From a virus, in the IMG/VR virus record IMGVR_UViG_3300030106_006480, positions 1-64,000 of that record: 64,000 bases of DNA. One strand, given 5' to 3'. The notes below the pieces were generated by a model. The model was not told where the DNA came from, ran no database searches, and saw only the letters and a list, made by a program, of their open reading frames with translations. Positions 48,421-58,037 of this stretch are shown here, piece by piece (positions within the stretch are counted from its first letter, which is position 1; each line of letters begins with the position of its first letter). A program made the position numbers and the translations under genes.

Positions 48421-49146
48421 ATGCCTTTATTTAATATTGCTGGTAAATATGCAGATGCTCTTGGAAGCGGTATTCAATCCGCAGTAGCAGAAGGCTTTAA
48501 TATGTTGCCAGACAGAATAAATTTATTTGGGCGTTATCTTACAGGAGTCGGTAATAAAAACTTAAAGTTAGATCCATCAACTGAAAGAGCTTTACTTCAG
48601 GCAACCGAAAAACCTCCGACGGCCATGAGAATGGTGCCTACATTTCCTGATGAAAAAACTGCTTTTATGGGAGACTTTTCAAAAATGACAATGGCACCTA
48701 AACCTTTTCCTGCAGCTGGACCCGGTATTCCAACCTCAGGTCCAGTATATCCATATGCAGGAGGGGATCAGGTAGCTTCTCAAACCCTTGGCAGTTTTAA
48801 TGCTGAAGTTACACCTACTGCTGTACGAGTAAGAGACACTTATGACATGGAGAATAGATCAGAAGATCCTGATTTAGTTAGCGGTCGATTCCAACCAGGT
48901 AAAGCATATAAAACTTTAAGAGGAGCTTTTGACCCAACAAAAATTTATAATCCAAAAATTGATAAACTTTCAGACATTAGTCACAGGTTAACGCCAGAAC
49001 AAAAACAGTTTGATAACTATATAAATGTAGTAGGCAAAAGCACAACTTTTAGCCCTATGACAGATGTAGGTAGAGCTGTTATGTATGCATTGCCTATTAA
49101 GTTCAAACCTTATGAAATTGACTACACAATTCAACGGCCGCAATAA
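48421..49146 (+). CDS. Hypothetical late protein
   Basis: 241 aa ORF. Confidence 0.7.
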   Translation: MPLFNIAGKYADALGSGIQSAVAEGFNMLPDRINLFGRYLTGVGNKNLKLDPSTERALLQATEKPPTAMRMVPTFPDEKTAFMGDFSKMTMAPKPFPAAGPGIPTSGPVYPYAGGDQVASQTLGSFNAEVTPTAVRVRDTYDMENRSEDPDLVSGRFQPGKAYKTLRGAFDPTKIYNPKIDKLSDISHRLTPEQKQFDNYINVVGKSTTFSPMTDVGRAVMYALPIKFKPYEIDYTIQRPQ

Positions 49147-49148
49147 TC

Positions 49149-49358
49149 ATGACAGATAAAGCAATTCAATCTGACGGTACGACCAAGCGTTACCTTCCCA
49201 AAAAAGCCTGGGCCAAACTTTCTAAAAAAGAAAGGGAAGATACTGATCGCAAAAAACGAGAAGGTTCTCGTCAAGGAAAACAGTTTGTAGCTAACACAGA
49301 GAAAGCTAAGAAAGCAGGAAAGGCTGCTAGGATGTATAAACAAAAGGGTCGTAAATAG
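49149..49358 (+). CDS. Basic protein (DUF5872-like C-terminal half)
   Basis: 'RYLPKKAWAKLS...KKREGSRQGKQFVAN'. Confidence 0.65.
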   Translation: MTDKAIQSDGTTKRYLPKKAWAKLSKKEREDTDRKKREGSRQGKQFVANTEKAKKAGKAARMYKQKGRK

Positions 49359-49361
49359 TAA

Positions 49362-51686
49362 ATGTCCACCTCAAAGGCTAGGCTTAAAGAAATTATTGAC
49401 GCCTACATCGATCGCGATGGTGATGCCGGTATAGATACCGGTATTGTTGCTGGTCATTTATCACAAATGAAACTTTTTGGTATCCGCCAAGGGGTTGAAT
49501 TCTTTCCTGCACAAGATAACTTTGGTGCTCAACGCAAAGACTTTATCGATAAAGTTGTCAAATATAATCGTTTAGATACACGCCTTGATTCCATTTGGGA
49601 TTATTTTATTTGTGATGGAAAAGGCCTATATTATATTCGGCCCACAAAAACAAACTACCGTTTATATTTCTTTCGCGCTCATGAGTACCGGAGCTATTAC
49701 AACGTAGATGGTGAGCTTGAACAGGTTGTCATTATCTATAGTTACAAAGTTAAAGCACCTAGTCAGGGAATGTATCAAGGTGTCAATTTTAACGAAGTAG
49801 GTTTGAACCCCAATGAAAGTCAAGGGAAGAAAAAGTATATCCGACTTTCAATTAAAAAAGATGAGATTGAAGAGACACATTCAGATGCAGAAATGTCGTT
49901 CGATCTCCCCAAAGGACAATCTCCAGGGAAAACAACTAAGTTTGAAAATAGTATGGGATTTATTCCATGCGTAGAAATTATCAATAACGCAAAAGGTTTC
50001 TCCATGGACGGTAATGGAGATTTTGATGCATTAGCTGATCATATTGTCACCCATGACGATATGGTAAAAAATATTAGAAAAAACTTACAGTTCTTTGGTA
50101 ACCCTACTTTATTATCTTCTAGGCCAAAAACTGATTTATTAGATGTTGGCGGAGATGGCGGAGCACAACGCCCTTCTATTGCAGCTAACTCAGGCTTTGG
50201 CAGTCCAATGCCAATGAGTCGATCAACTTTCAAACAAGATCCGATTCAACGTGGAGTCGATGGTCAGCTCCGTGTACCAAGGGTTATTGCGAATTTAGAG
50301 CCAAACGATCGTGTTGGTTATATCGTTCCTGATGCTGTTAGTGGTGATCAAAACTCTATTGTCCGTCAATACCAAGAAGAAATCCGCCTTGCACTTGGTG
50401 GTGTAGATGATTCTTCTATTAGTGCTAGTGCAACTGCTACAGAGTACAAATCAATTTTTGGTCGAGTAGCAGCAACTTCGCAAAAAAAAGCTAATTCTAT
50501 TTACACTCATGGACTCTGCCGTTGTTTTGAACTAATTATATTTCAAGAAGAACAGATGTTTAAAGACTCTTTGGCAGCTGCTGCCAAGATAGAAAAACCT
50601 TTACCTTTAAAAACAGGTGCATCTGATGAAGAAATAATTTCTTATAAACAAGCAGAACAGGTCTATGAACAGCAGCTAAAACAGATTATGATGGCGTGTG
50701 TTAAAGCACAAATGATTCCCCCTGGTGTCAAAGGACTGATACCAGATGGAGACATTTCAATGCTTTGGCGCTGGATGGGGCCTGTCTATCAAGACACTAC
50801 TCAAGATATTTTGAACAACTCTATTGTTGTACGAAATCTTCAAGAGTTAGGAGTTGATAGCATAGAAGCACTGAAATATCTTTTTCCATCTAAAACTGAT
50901 GAGGAAAGAGCGGAAATGCTTTCGGGCTTCCCATTCAGGATGGTGAATGAGTTACAGGGAGCTTACTCTCAGTTTTCTCGTTTAATTGGGGGGATGATGC
51001 AGACTCCCCACCCTCAGTCACCGGATTTACCGATGGCTGCTGATCCCAGACTGGATTTAACTCCATATCTGTATCGAACTTTAGAAGCATTACAAAAGGA
51101 GATGAGTTATGCAGGACGCTACCGTCCAATCGACCCCACAGATGAGCCAAGCACCAGCGGTAGCTCCCAGCAGCTACGTGGCAGCTCCAGCTCAACAAGC
51201 ACCGGCTCAACAGAGTCCAGTGGGGACGTATTACCCTCAAGCAGTGCCGAACGTGGCACCACAGGGGACTACCAGTTACCAATCAAGCCCTACTCAGTCC
51301 GTCCCCCAATCCCAACCGGCGGGGGATCAGAACAGCCCATGGGAGTCGGCATTCAATCGAGTAGTGGGTCTTCTGGGCAGCCCGGTTCAATCCCCGTTCC
51401 AGGGTCAACCATCACAGGCCCCGGCGCAGACACCGGTTCAGTATTCCCCGGCCAATTACGGTCAGGCATCAAGCCAGACTATGCCCGCATCGGCTCCGCA
51501 GACCTCATATCCCAGCCAGGGTTACTCGGACAACTCTTCCCAAACTTACTCGGTCAGCTCGTTAGCGGACGTGGCGGACCTGGTGGGGTGGAGCCCGGAA
51601 AGCCGGATGGTGATCGAAAACTACGGGACAGAAGCTCCGGCGATTCTAAACCAGTACGCTCTAAACCTGGAAAGCGTCGTAGATAG
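49362..51686 (+). CDS. Portal protein with low-complexity C-terminal extension
   Basis: Located between terL and scaffold/MCP; helical; 'GFIPCVEI', 'NLQFFGNP'. Confidence 0.75.
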   Translation: MSTSKARLKEIIDAYIDRDGDAGIDTGIVAGHLSQMKLFGIRQGVEFFPAQDNFGAQRKDFIDKVVKYNRLDTRLDSIWDYFICDGKGLYYIRPTKTNYRLYFFRAHEYRSYYNVDGELEQVVIIYSYKVKAPSQGMYQGVNFNEVGLNPNESQGKKKYIRLSIKKDEIEETHSDAEMSFDLPKGQSPGKTTKFENSMGFIPCVEIINNAKGFSMDGNGDFDALADHIVTHDDMVKNIRKNLQFFGNPTLLSSRPKTDLLDVGGDGGAQRPSIAANSGFGSPMPMSRSTFKQDPIQRGVDGQLRVPRVIANLEPNDRVGYIVPDAVSGDQNSIVRQYQEEIRLALGGVDDSSISASATATEYKSIFGRVAATSQKKANSIYTHGLCRCFELIIFQEEQMFKDSLAAAAKIEKPLPLKTGASDEEIISYKQAEQVYEQQLKQIMMACVKAQMIPPGVKGLIPDGDISMLWRWMGPVYQDTTQDILNNSIVVRNLQELGVDSIEALKYLFPSKTDEERAEMLSGFPFRMVNELQGAYSQFSRLIGGMMQTPHPQSPDLPMAADPRLDLTPYLYRTLEALQKEMSYAGRYRPIDPTDEPSTSGSSQQLRGSSSSTSTGSTESSGDVLPSSSAERGTTGDYQLPIKPYSVRPPIPTGGGSEQPMGVGIQSSSGSSGQPGSIPVPGSTITGPGADTGSVFPGQLRSGIKPDYARIGSADLISQPGLLGQLFPNLLGQLVSGRGGPGGVEPGKPDGDRKLRDRSSGDSKPVRSKPGKRRR

Positions 51687-52089
51687 TGCTGTTGCTTGGG
51701 CTGACAGTGCATTAGAGACTCTGCAAGGTTATGCAGAATTTGCTGTTAATGAGCACCAAGAGAATCTCACTTATAACGAGATGCTCACCAACCCCGACAT
51801 TCTGTCTGATTACACACTGGAATTCTTTGGTCCTAATGGTCCTTATCCTGTGTATGAAAATGAGCAGCAATTAGAAACAGTTGGACATCCGACTGCACCT
51901 GCTCAACAGACTGGCTATCAGAATATTCCTGGTATGCCTGCTCCTCCTGCAGCGGCTGCTCCTGAGCAACCTGCAGATTTCTGGGGTTCCTTTAAGGCAC
52001 AAATGGATCGTGATCCCAGCCAAGCTTGGCGTCTTGTGAACCAAGCCTCACCTCAAGCGATGGCTAATAAGCTCTTCGTTATGGAGTGA
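51109..52089 (+). CDS. Putative scaffolding protein
   Basis: Gln/Pro/Ser-rich N-terminus, acidic helical C-terminus, upstream of MCP. Confidence 0.6.
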   Translation: MQDATVQSTPQMSQAPAVAPSSYVAAPAQQAPAQQSPVGTYYPQAVPNVAPQGTTSYQSSPTQSVPQSQPAGDQNSPWESAFNRVVGLLGSPVQSPFQGQPSQAPAQTPVQYSPANYGQASSQTMPASAPQTSYPSQGYSDNSSQTYSVSSLADVADLVGWSPESRMVIENYGTEAPAILNQYALNLESVVDSAVAWADSALETLQGYAEFAVNEHQENLTYNEMLTNPDILSDYTLEFFGPNGPYPVYENEQQLETVGHPTAPAQQTGYQNIPGMPAPPAAAAPEQPADFWGSFKAQMDRDPSQAWRLVNQASPQAMANKLFVME

Positions 52090-52092
52090 TAA

Positions 52093-52635
52093 ATGAATGC
52101 ACAATTTCTTAGGTATGCAATACCGGCTGCTCTTGGCGCAGGAGCTGGTTTAACCAAAGGATACCAAGAAGGCGGTGTGGGTGGTGCCCTAGGTGGTGCC
52201 GCCCTTGGCGCTGGATTGGGTGCTGCAGGTATGGGTTTAGCTCGTGCAAGTTTTAGTCAATCAGGTCCTTTAGCTGGAAAGTTTGTGGGATTGATTGATG
52301 ATGCAGGTAGCATGGTAGGTAAAGGTGCAAGAAAAGCATCTGAAGCTTTGAATAAAGCTGGTGCAGGAAATGCAGCATCCTTAGCAGATGATTTAGCAAA
52401 TCTTGTAACACCACAATACGGATCTCGCACTGCAGGTGAAGCTTTGCAACGACAAAGGCAAATCACTAATGTTGGTTCAACAGCTCTTGGTTCCCTTGGA
52501 GCTTTAGGAGGTGCTGGACTAACTAAAGGAATTATTGGAGCAATGAATCCTGCGATTGATCCAGAAATACCTGGTTCAAGTAACACCCAAGGTGCTCGTA
52601 TGAGTATGCAAGCTTATCCCGGTATGTATGCCTAA
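52093..52635 (+). CDS. Gly/Ala-rich putative virion protein
   Basis: Glycine-zipper segments. Confidence 0.65.
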   Translation: MNAQFLRYAIPAALGAGAGLTKGYQEGGVGGALGGAALGAGLGAAGMGLARASFSQSGPLAGKFVGLIDDAGSMVGKGARKASEALNKAGAGNAASLADDLANLVTPQYGSRTAGEALQRQRQITNVGSTALGSLGALGGAGLTKGIIGAMNPAIDPEIPGSSNTQGARMSMQAYPGMYA

Positions 52636-52729
52636 ATTACAGACTGCTAAAATTTTTGATAGTAGGACAGTTTTTGTCTGAATCGTCACCTTTAAAAAAA
52701 CATCCCGAGACACTGGAGGATAACAACAA

Positions 52730-53893
52730 GTGTTTTTAGATACCGACTTTCCAAAAATTCTGGGTGCGGAACTGTATCGTCCCCACCCTGCTTATGTGTG
52801 CGAAATGGCCGTTGAGCCTGTAGTTGTTCACGACTTCACCTCTCAACCTGGCCAAACCGTACAGCTTGATCGTTATAAGTTCTGGGGAACCCCAGGTACT
52901 AAGGACAGCCGTGAGCGCGTGGCTGACCAAACGATTGGTACTGCTAATAGCCGTAACATCACCAAAGAGAAGGTGTTGGTTGTGCTTAAAGAGTACACCG
53001 GTCCTGCGGATCCGGGTGACCCTACTCAGCCTTCAACCTTTAAGATTGCCCGTGAAACTCTGATCACTGCTCAGCGTCTGCTTCTTGATACAGGCAACCT
53101 GAACATGTTCCACCAGAGCATTGGTTCTCTGACCCTGTTGGATGACTACCGCCGTTGGCGTGATCGCGTCTTCATTGACGAACTTTCTAAAGCTGAAGCA
53201 AATGGTGCTGCTTCAACTTCTCAAGGTGGTTATTTCTTTGCTGGCAGCAAAACCAAAGATGCTTCCGGTCGTATTTCTTATACCGCTGCTGAGTATGGTG
53301 ATCAAATTCAACAGTTCTCTGTTCGCACTGACCTGCTGAATGTTGTGAAGGACATGCGTAAGCGCAACGTCCCCACTTTTGCTGATGGTTTGTATCGCTG
53401 TATCTGCGATCCCACCTTCATGCTGCACCTGCGTCGTGACTCCGACTTCCGTGAGATTGCACGTTACAGCGGCAATCCTGGTCAGGGCATGTACATGGGT
53501 AACCCCATGATGCCTAACAACTCCAGCTTCTTCATGGGTCCCCAAGCTGGTCAGGGTTATTTCCTGGCTGGTGAGCCTGTGATGCCTACTGGTGTGCAAT
53601 TTGAAGGCGTTAAGTTCTTCGAGTCAACCAACTTCCCGAGCAAGAATATCACTACCTCTTTCGATGCTGGTTCAACCTATGCTTCTAAGGAAGTCGCTCA
53701 AGGCTTCTTCTTCGGTCCTCAGTCAATCGGTGTTGGCATCGGTGGCCCGAATGCTCAAGTCCTGATTAACAATAATGATGACTTCTCACGCTTCATTATT
53801 CTTATCTGGCAACTGTATGCTGGTTTTGAGATTCTGAATAAGGACTTCGTGACCACTGCCTTTAGCTACGTCCAAGACGACGGTAGTGTTTGA
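52730..53893 (+). CDS. Major capsid protein
   Basis: 387 aa; 'PGQTVQLDRY', 'GVQFEGVKFFEST'; GGAGG SD; codon usage shifted to C-ending codons typical of highly expressed genes. Confidence 0.85.
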   Translation: MFLDTDFPKILGAELYRPHPAYVCEMAVEPVVVHDFTSQPGQTVQLDRYKFWGTPGTKDSRERVADQTIGTANSRNITKEKVLVVLKEYTGPADPGDPTQPSTFKIARETLITAQRLLLDTGNLNMFHQSIGSLTLLDDYRRWRDRVFIDELSKAEANGAASTSQGGYFFAGSKTKDASGRISYTAAEYGDQIQQFSVRTDLLNVVKDMRKRNVPTFADGLYRCICDPTFMLHLRRDSDFREIARYSGNPGQGMYMGNPMMPNNSSFFMGPQAGQGYFLAGEPVMPTGVQFEGVKFFESTNFPSKNITTSFDAGSTYASKEVAQGFFFGPQSIGVGIGGPNAQVLINNNDDFSRFIILIWQLYAGFEILNKDFVTTAFSYVQDDGSV

Positions 53894-53932
53894 TAAGTAT
53901 CAATAGTAAACATTAACAAATTGGAGCTATAA

Positions 53933-54736
53933 ATGTCCTATCTTTCGACTAAGAAAATCTTTCCAGGTAACTGGAATGAGCCTCTGAATGGTTGGTACAA
54001 AAATATTGATACCAACGACAGCGGCACTAACGATGCTTCCAAGGCTGGCCCGACTTCTGTTCTGGCCGTCCCTGGTTATCGTTATTTCCAGCAGCGTGGT
54101 TATGCCAAAGTTACCGTCACTTCTGGTGATGGTGGTGCTGCTTCTCTTGATGTGATCGTTCCTTCTCCTTATCGGAATGATGACACTCGGACCGATATCA
54201 CCGGCATGGTGATTTCTGGTTCTGCAACTTTACCTGCTTACGGTTACCGTGCCACGGTTTCTGTTGCTTCCGGTTGGGGTGATGGTCGTGTTGCTTCTGG
54301 TGTGTATAACGCCACTGGTAATGTGATTTCATTCGGTCGTGACAATAGCGGCAGCCCTGTTTCCGCTGGCGGCGTAGGAGAAGGTGTGGTTCAAGCCAAC
54401 CTTGCTTCTACCGTTTCTGGTTCACAAGCTGGTGAAATCTACTATGCAGGTGGTTCTGCTGCTTACAGTACTGTGCCCTTCTTAACAGCCACTGGAGCTG
54501 CTGGTGTTACTGCTGCCAAGGTTTACAAAGAACTGACTGCTGCAACCACCTTTAAGGTGTACTCCAAGGCTTCTGGCAACGCTACTTCCACTGCTGGTGG
54601 TGTCTACATCTCTAGCGATGACAAGTCTGCCAACCGCTTTGGTTATATCGTTGTTGAAATCAGCTATGTCCAACCTGATGACGCTGCTGGTTATGAAGAC
54701 ATCGAGCAATACCTTGACAATCGTATTGTCAGCTGA
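53933..54736 (+). CDS. Capsid-associated/decoration structural protein
   Basis: Follows MCP with the same codon bias; beta-rich. Confidence 0.6.
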   Translation: MSYLSTKKIFPGNWNEPLNGWYKNIDTNDSGTNDASKAGPTSVLAVPGYRYFQQRGYAKVTVTSGDGGAASLDVIVPSPYRNDDTRTDITGMVISGSATLPAYGYRATVSVASGWGDGRVASGVYNATGNVISFGRDNSGSPVSAGGVGEGVVQANLASTVSGSQAGEIYYAGGSAAYSTVPFLTATGAAGVTAAKVYKELTAATTFKVYSKASGNATSTAGGVYISSDDKSANRFGYIVVEISYVQPDDAAGYEDIEQYLDNRIVS

Positions 54737-54753
54737 TAGGTATTAAGTTAAAC

Positions 54754-54778
54754 TAGGACCAGATTAATTCTGGTCCTA
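54754..54778 (+). terminator. Hairpin after the capsid operon, abutting the next ATG
   Basis: TAGGACCAGA-TTAAT-TCTGGTCCTA then ATG 54779. Confidence 0.6.
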
Positions 54779-55189
54779 ATGCTTTACCGTCATAAAAAAA
54801 CAGGCGCTCGTCTTAAAATTGTCAGCGAGTGGGATGAAGGTGAATGGTTCATGGTTGAAGACCAGGATGGGCGTCTGTTTACCACTCATAAATATGAAGT
54901 AGAGCCTGACGAAGCTGCTACTAAAAAAGTGAAAACTCTTCAGGTAAAAGATGTAGCGGCTAAAGAAGAACCGCGTACTTTTCCACCAGAGACTCGCTTA
55001 AATATCAATACAGCTACAGCACAAATGATTGCTGATCATATCAAAGGAATTGGTATGAAAACTGCACGCGATATTAAAGACTTACAAATGTCAATGTCAG
55101 GCGAAAGATTTGTTAATTTAGAACAGTTAAAACAAATTAAACGTGTGGACTGGGAGTCAGTTTTTGCAGCTGATTTAATCCGGGTTTAG
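54779..55189 (+). CDS. ComEA-like helix-hairpin-helix protein
   Basis: 'RLNINTAT...IKGIGMKTA...F.NLEQLKQI'. Confidence 0.75.
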   Translation: MLYRHKKTGARLKIVSEWDEGEWFMVEDQDGRLFTTHKYEVEPDEAATKKVKTLQVKDVAAKEEPRTFPPETRLNINTATAQMIADHIKGIGMKTARDIKDLQMSMSGERFVNLEQLKQIKRVDWESVFAADLIRV

Positions 55190-55223
55190 GAAGATTATAA
55201 TTAACAAATAATAGCTATGAAGT

Positions 55224-55685
55224 GTGAAACTATCAAACTTTGACAAAAGCCGTGTTAGGTATCACCTTGGCTATTATTTAGTTTCTGTTCCAGCAGGTGA
55301 CTATGCCCGCCTGGAAGAAGCTATGAATACTGTTCCTGATGATTATTTTTATCGCAAGATAGTTAATCAGATAGGACGTTGCGATACAGCAGAAGCTAAA
55401 ACAGAGGTTGCATCAGCTCCCTCAACACGGATTGAAAGCATTGCTGGTGATGTAGATCGAACCATTCGTTCTAGCAATACAAAAGATGCTTTAAAAACCT
55501 GGGATGATATTTATCTGTATGAGACTAATCGTCTTGCACAGATTCTTTATGTACCTAACTATAAAGATCCCTTCCAGGCCCGTTACCGTTATGAACGATC
55601 AGGTGCCGAATTCATTGAAGCGTTACCTGGCCCAGCTGATACAGCAGTTGGCTCTAATATTTATCTCCATTCAACTCTTCGATAG
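55224..55685 (+). CDS. Putative head-tail adaptor
   Basis: 'DKSRVRYHLGY' N-terminal pattern and position. Confidence 0.55.
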   Translation: MKLSNFDKSRVRYHLGYYLVSVPAGDYARLEEAMNTVPDDYFYRKIVNQIGRCDTAEAKTEVASAPSTRIESIAGDVDRTIRSSNTKDALKTWDDIYLYETNRLAQILYVPNYKDPFQARYRYERSGAEFIEALPGPADTAVGSNIYLHSTLR

Positions 55686-55687
55686 TC

Positions 55688-56599
55688 ATGCCTAAGCGTT
55701 CACGTTATTCTCAAAGAGTTCAAAGCCCTACTCCCTACCAAAAGAGTAGACAATTTGAAGTTGTCGAAGATCCTAGCGATCCCTATGGCTATCGACTGGT
55801 TCGTACAAAAGGAGAATATTATGGACCAGCTTATGCACCTGATGAAGCATTAGGTCTTTTAGGGGAAGGCAACATTTATGGTGGCTTACCTTATGATCTT
55901 GCAAAAACAGAAGCTCCTTACTATCGGAAAGAAACTCCTGTAACACCTACTGCACCCGTACCCGTAAAAGAAGATGTAGGTTTTGCACCTCAACTTGCAG
56001 ATTATGAGAAAGTTCGCAAAATTGCAGCAGAGACAGGAGATCCAGAAGCCATTAAACAAGCAGAAGAGCTTGGCATGGCAATCTTTAATGCTAAGTATTC
56101 AGAAGAAAATCCAGGGTTAATTGCAGGCGATAGAGGCGTCAGTTTTAATAATCGTCCAGTTCAAAACCCCTTGATGGCAAAATATTTTCCAGAGAGGCTA
56201 AAACAACCATCTCCTTATGGCGCAGATACCCTTGCACAACAAAATGAGTTTTACCAAGCAGATATCGGAGAAACTTTTGTTGATCCTCCAACAGTACTGA
56301 GGAGTAATATTTTTAAAGGTCAACCTGAGCCTTTTACAATCGAGAATCAACCCGATGGTACTCCTACCATGGATCCTCGTTATAGTAATCCAGTTTTTAC
56401 TGAAACGATGAAAAGTATGCTTGGAGTAGATCCTAGTGAGTTAATGAAAGCAACTTATAGTATGGGTTCTGGTCAATCTATAGAGACATTGCCTGCTAAC
56501 ACTTCGCCAGAAGCATATATGACACAACTAGATAATAAAAGTTTAGAAGTCCAAGAATTTATGGAAAAGTTTTTAGCAGATAAATTAGGAGCTAAATAA
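55688..56599 (+). CDS. Hypothetical late protein
   Basis: 303 aa ORF. Confidence 0.65.
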   Translation: MPKRSRYSQRVQSPTPYQKSRQFEVVEDPSDPYGYRLVRTKGEYYGPAYAPDEALGLLGEGNIYGGLPYDLAKTEAPYYRKETPVTPTAPVPVKEDVGFAPQLADYEKVRKIAAETGDPEAIKQAEELGMAIFNAKYSEENPGLIAGDRGVSFNNRPVQNPLMAKYFPERLKQPSPYGADTLAQQNEFYQADIGETFVDPPTVLRSNIFKGQPEPFTIENQPDGTPTMDPRYSNPVFTETMKSMLGVDPSELMKATYSMGSGQSIETLPANTSPEAYMTQLDNKSLEVQEFMEKFLADKLGAK

Positions 56600-56601
56600 A
56601 G

Positions 56602-57210
56602 ATGAAAGCAGATATGCGATATCTATCAAACCCTGATATTGCTTACTATGCAAGAAAAGCAGGTTTTTCAGGAGATTTAGTTCCTGTCATGGTTGCTATC
56701 GCAAACGCAGAATCAGGGAGAGATCGACTTGCTCTTAATCCTAATGCAGCAACAGGAGATGAATCTTATGGCCTAACCCAAATCAATATGCTTGGTAAAA
56801 TGGGTCCAGAACGTCGCAAATTATTTGGTATTAAATCCAATGAGGAGTTATATGATCCAGAAACTAATCTTAAAGCTGCTAAAAAGATTTATGATAGACA
56901 AGGCTTAAATGCTTGGAGTGTTTACAGATCAGGTGCATATAAACCTTTTTTAGACGGTTCAATACAAGCATCAAATCTAGACGGAGGAATTGATAAAACA
57001 CAACTAGAACTAGGTAAATATGAAATAGATACTGGAAAAGAGGTAGCGCTAGAGTCGCAAAATAAAAGAGAAGAGGCAATGAAAAGTGCTTTAATGTTTA
57101 AAATGATTCAAAACCAACTTCAACAACCAAGCATGATAGAGCAATTAATAGAAGAACCTTTATCAATGCCTAATATGGGAGGACTAATGCCTCCTGATAT
57201 GCCTGTGTAG
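56602..57210 (+). CDS. Lytic transglycosylase (SLT-like), probably virion-associated
   Basis: 'AIANAESG...SYGLTQIN...LYDPETNLKAAKKIY...GLNAWSVY'. Confidence 0.85.
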   Translation: MKADMRYLSNPDIAYYARKAGFSGDLVPVMVAIANAESGRDRLALNPNAATGDESYGLTQINMLGKMGPERRKLFGIKSNEELYDPETNLKAAKKIYDRQGLNAWSVYRSGAYKPFLDGSIQASNLDGGIDKTQLELGKYEIDTGKEVALESQNKREEAMKSALMFKMIQNQLQQPSMIEQLIEEPLSMPNMGGLMPPDMPV

Positions 57211-57238
57211 TATTATGGTTAAATAAAATATTGTAATT

Positions 57239-58033
57239 ATGTCTTCGTCCAATACAAATAAGCAGCCTGTATTTATTGATCGTCCACTGTTTAATTCAGT
57301 GCGAGTCACTACAAATACAGTTGGCTCTGCAGAAGATTTAAATGTGCAAGGTGGTCAAGCACCTGCACTGTTAGTAGATATGGATGCTGCTGAAACAGAT
57401 ACAAATAATAGTGGAGGTTTGATTGATTCCATTTTAATTACAAGAAATAATTTTTATCCTGATCCAGAATATACAATTGAATCAGGAACTTCAGGTAATG
57501 TTATCTCACTAACTAGTGGTCAAACAGTTTATGTTAAAGAAACAGGAGTTTTTGCAGCAAGTAATGTCCCTGAAAGCGGCGTTGGATATTATACTTACAC
57601 CGGAGGAACGCCAGCAGTTTTGGCCGGTCCTAATACATCAATTAGTTTTTCTGGCCTTGCCAGTGCTACTACTAGTGGTTTTAGTTATGCAGGATTAAAT
57701 AGCCGTAATACTGTACAAGCTACTTTCGTTGTTTATCAAACCCGTGGAACAACTTTACCTGTGCCAGCCTCTGGTGACTACAAAATTGTTTTTACAAAAA
57801 CATTGGGAGTAGATGTAGACCAGGCAGATTGCTCTGATCAAATGCCCGTATTGGCTACTCCTGTTCCTCAAGCAGGAAACACTACAGGACTTGGTGAAAG
57901 TGCTCCTCTTCGTAACAAGGGAATCTTTCTACAAAAAGGTGATCGTCTTTATGTAGGTATTTATGCCAATGGCGCAAACGTATCTGGTTATACAGGTGGT
58001 GCTCATGTAACAGCACAAGGCGGATATTTCTAA
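57239..58033 (+). CDS. Structural/tail protein
   Basis: Beta-rich, Thr/Gly-rich. Confidence 0.6.
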   Translation: MSSSNTNKQPVFIDRPLFNSVRVTTNTVGSAEDLNVQGGQAPALLVDMDAAETDTNNSGGLIDSILITRNNFYPDPEYTIESGTSGNVISLTSGQTVYVKETGVFAASNVPESGVGYYTYTGGTPAVLAGPNTSISFSGLASATTSGFSYAGLNSRNTVQATFVVYQTRGTTLPVPASGDYKIVFTKTLGVDVDQADCSDQMPVLATPVPQAGNTTGLGESAPLRNKGIFLQKGDRLYVGIYANGANVSGYTGGAHVTAQGGYF

Positions 58034-58037
58034 TTTC

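Noticed and set aside
1392-57698. Many 60-140 aa ORFs nested in or antisense to long genes (e.g. 6226, 22095, 23002, 28273, 53213)
   Set aside because: Shadow frames of well-supported genes with no motifs or initiation signals
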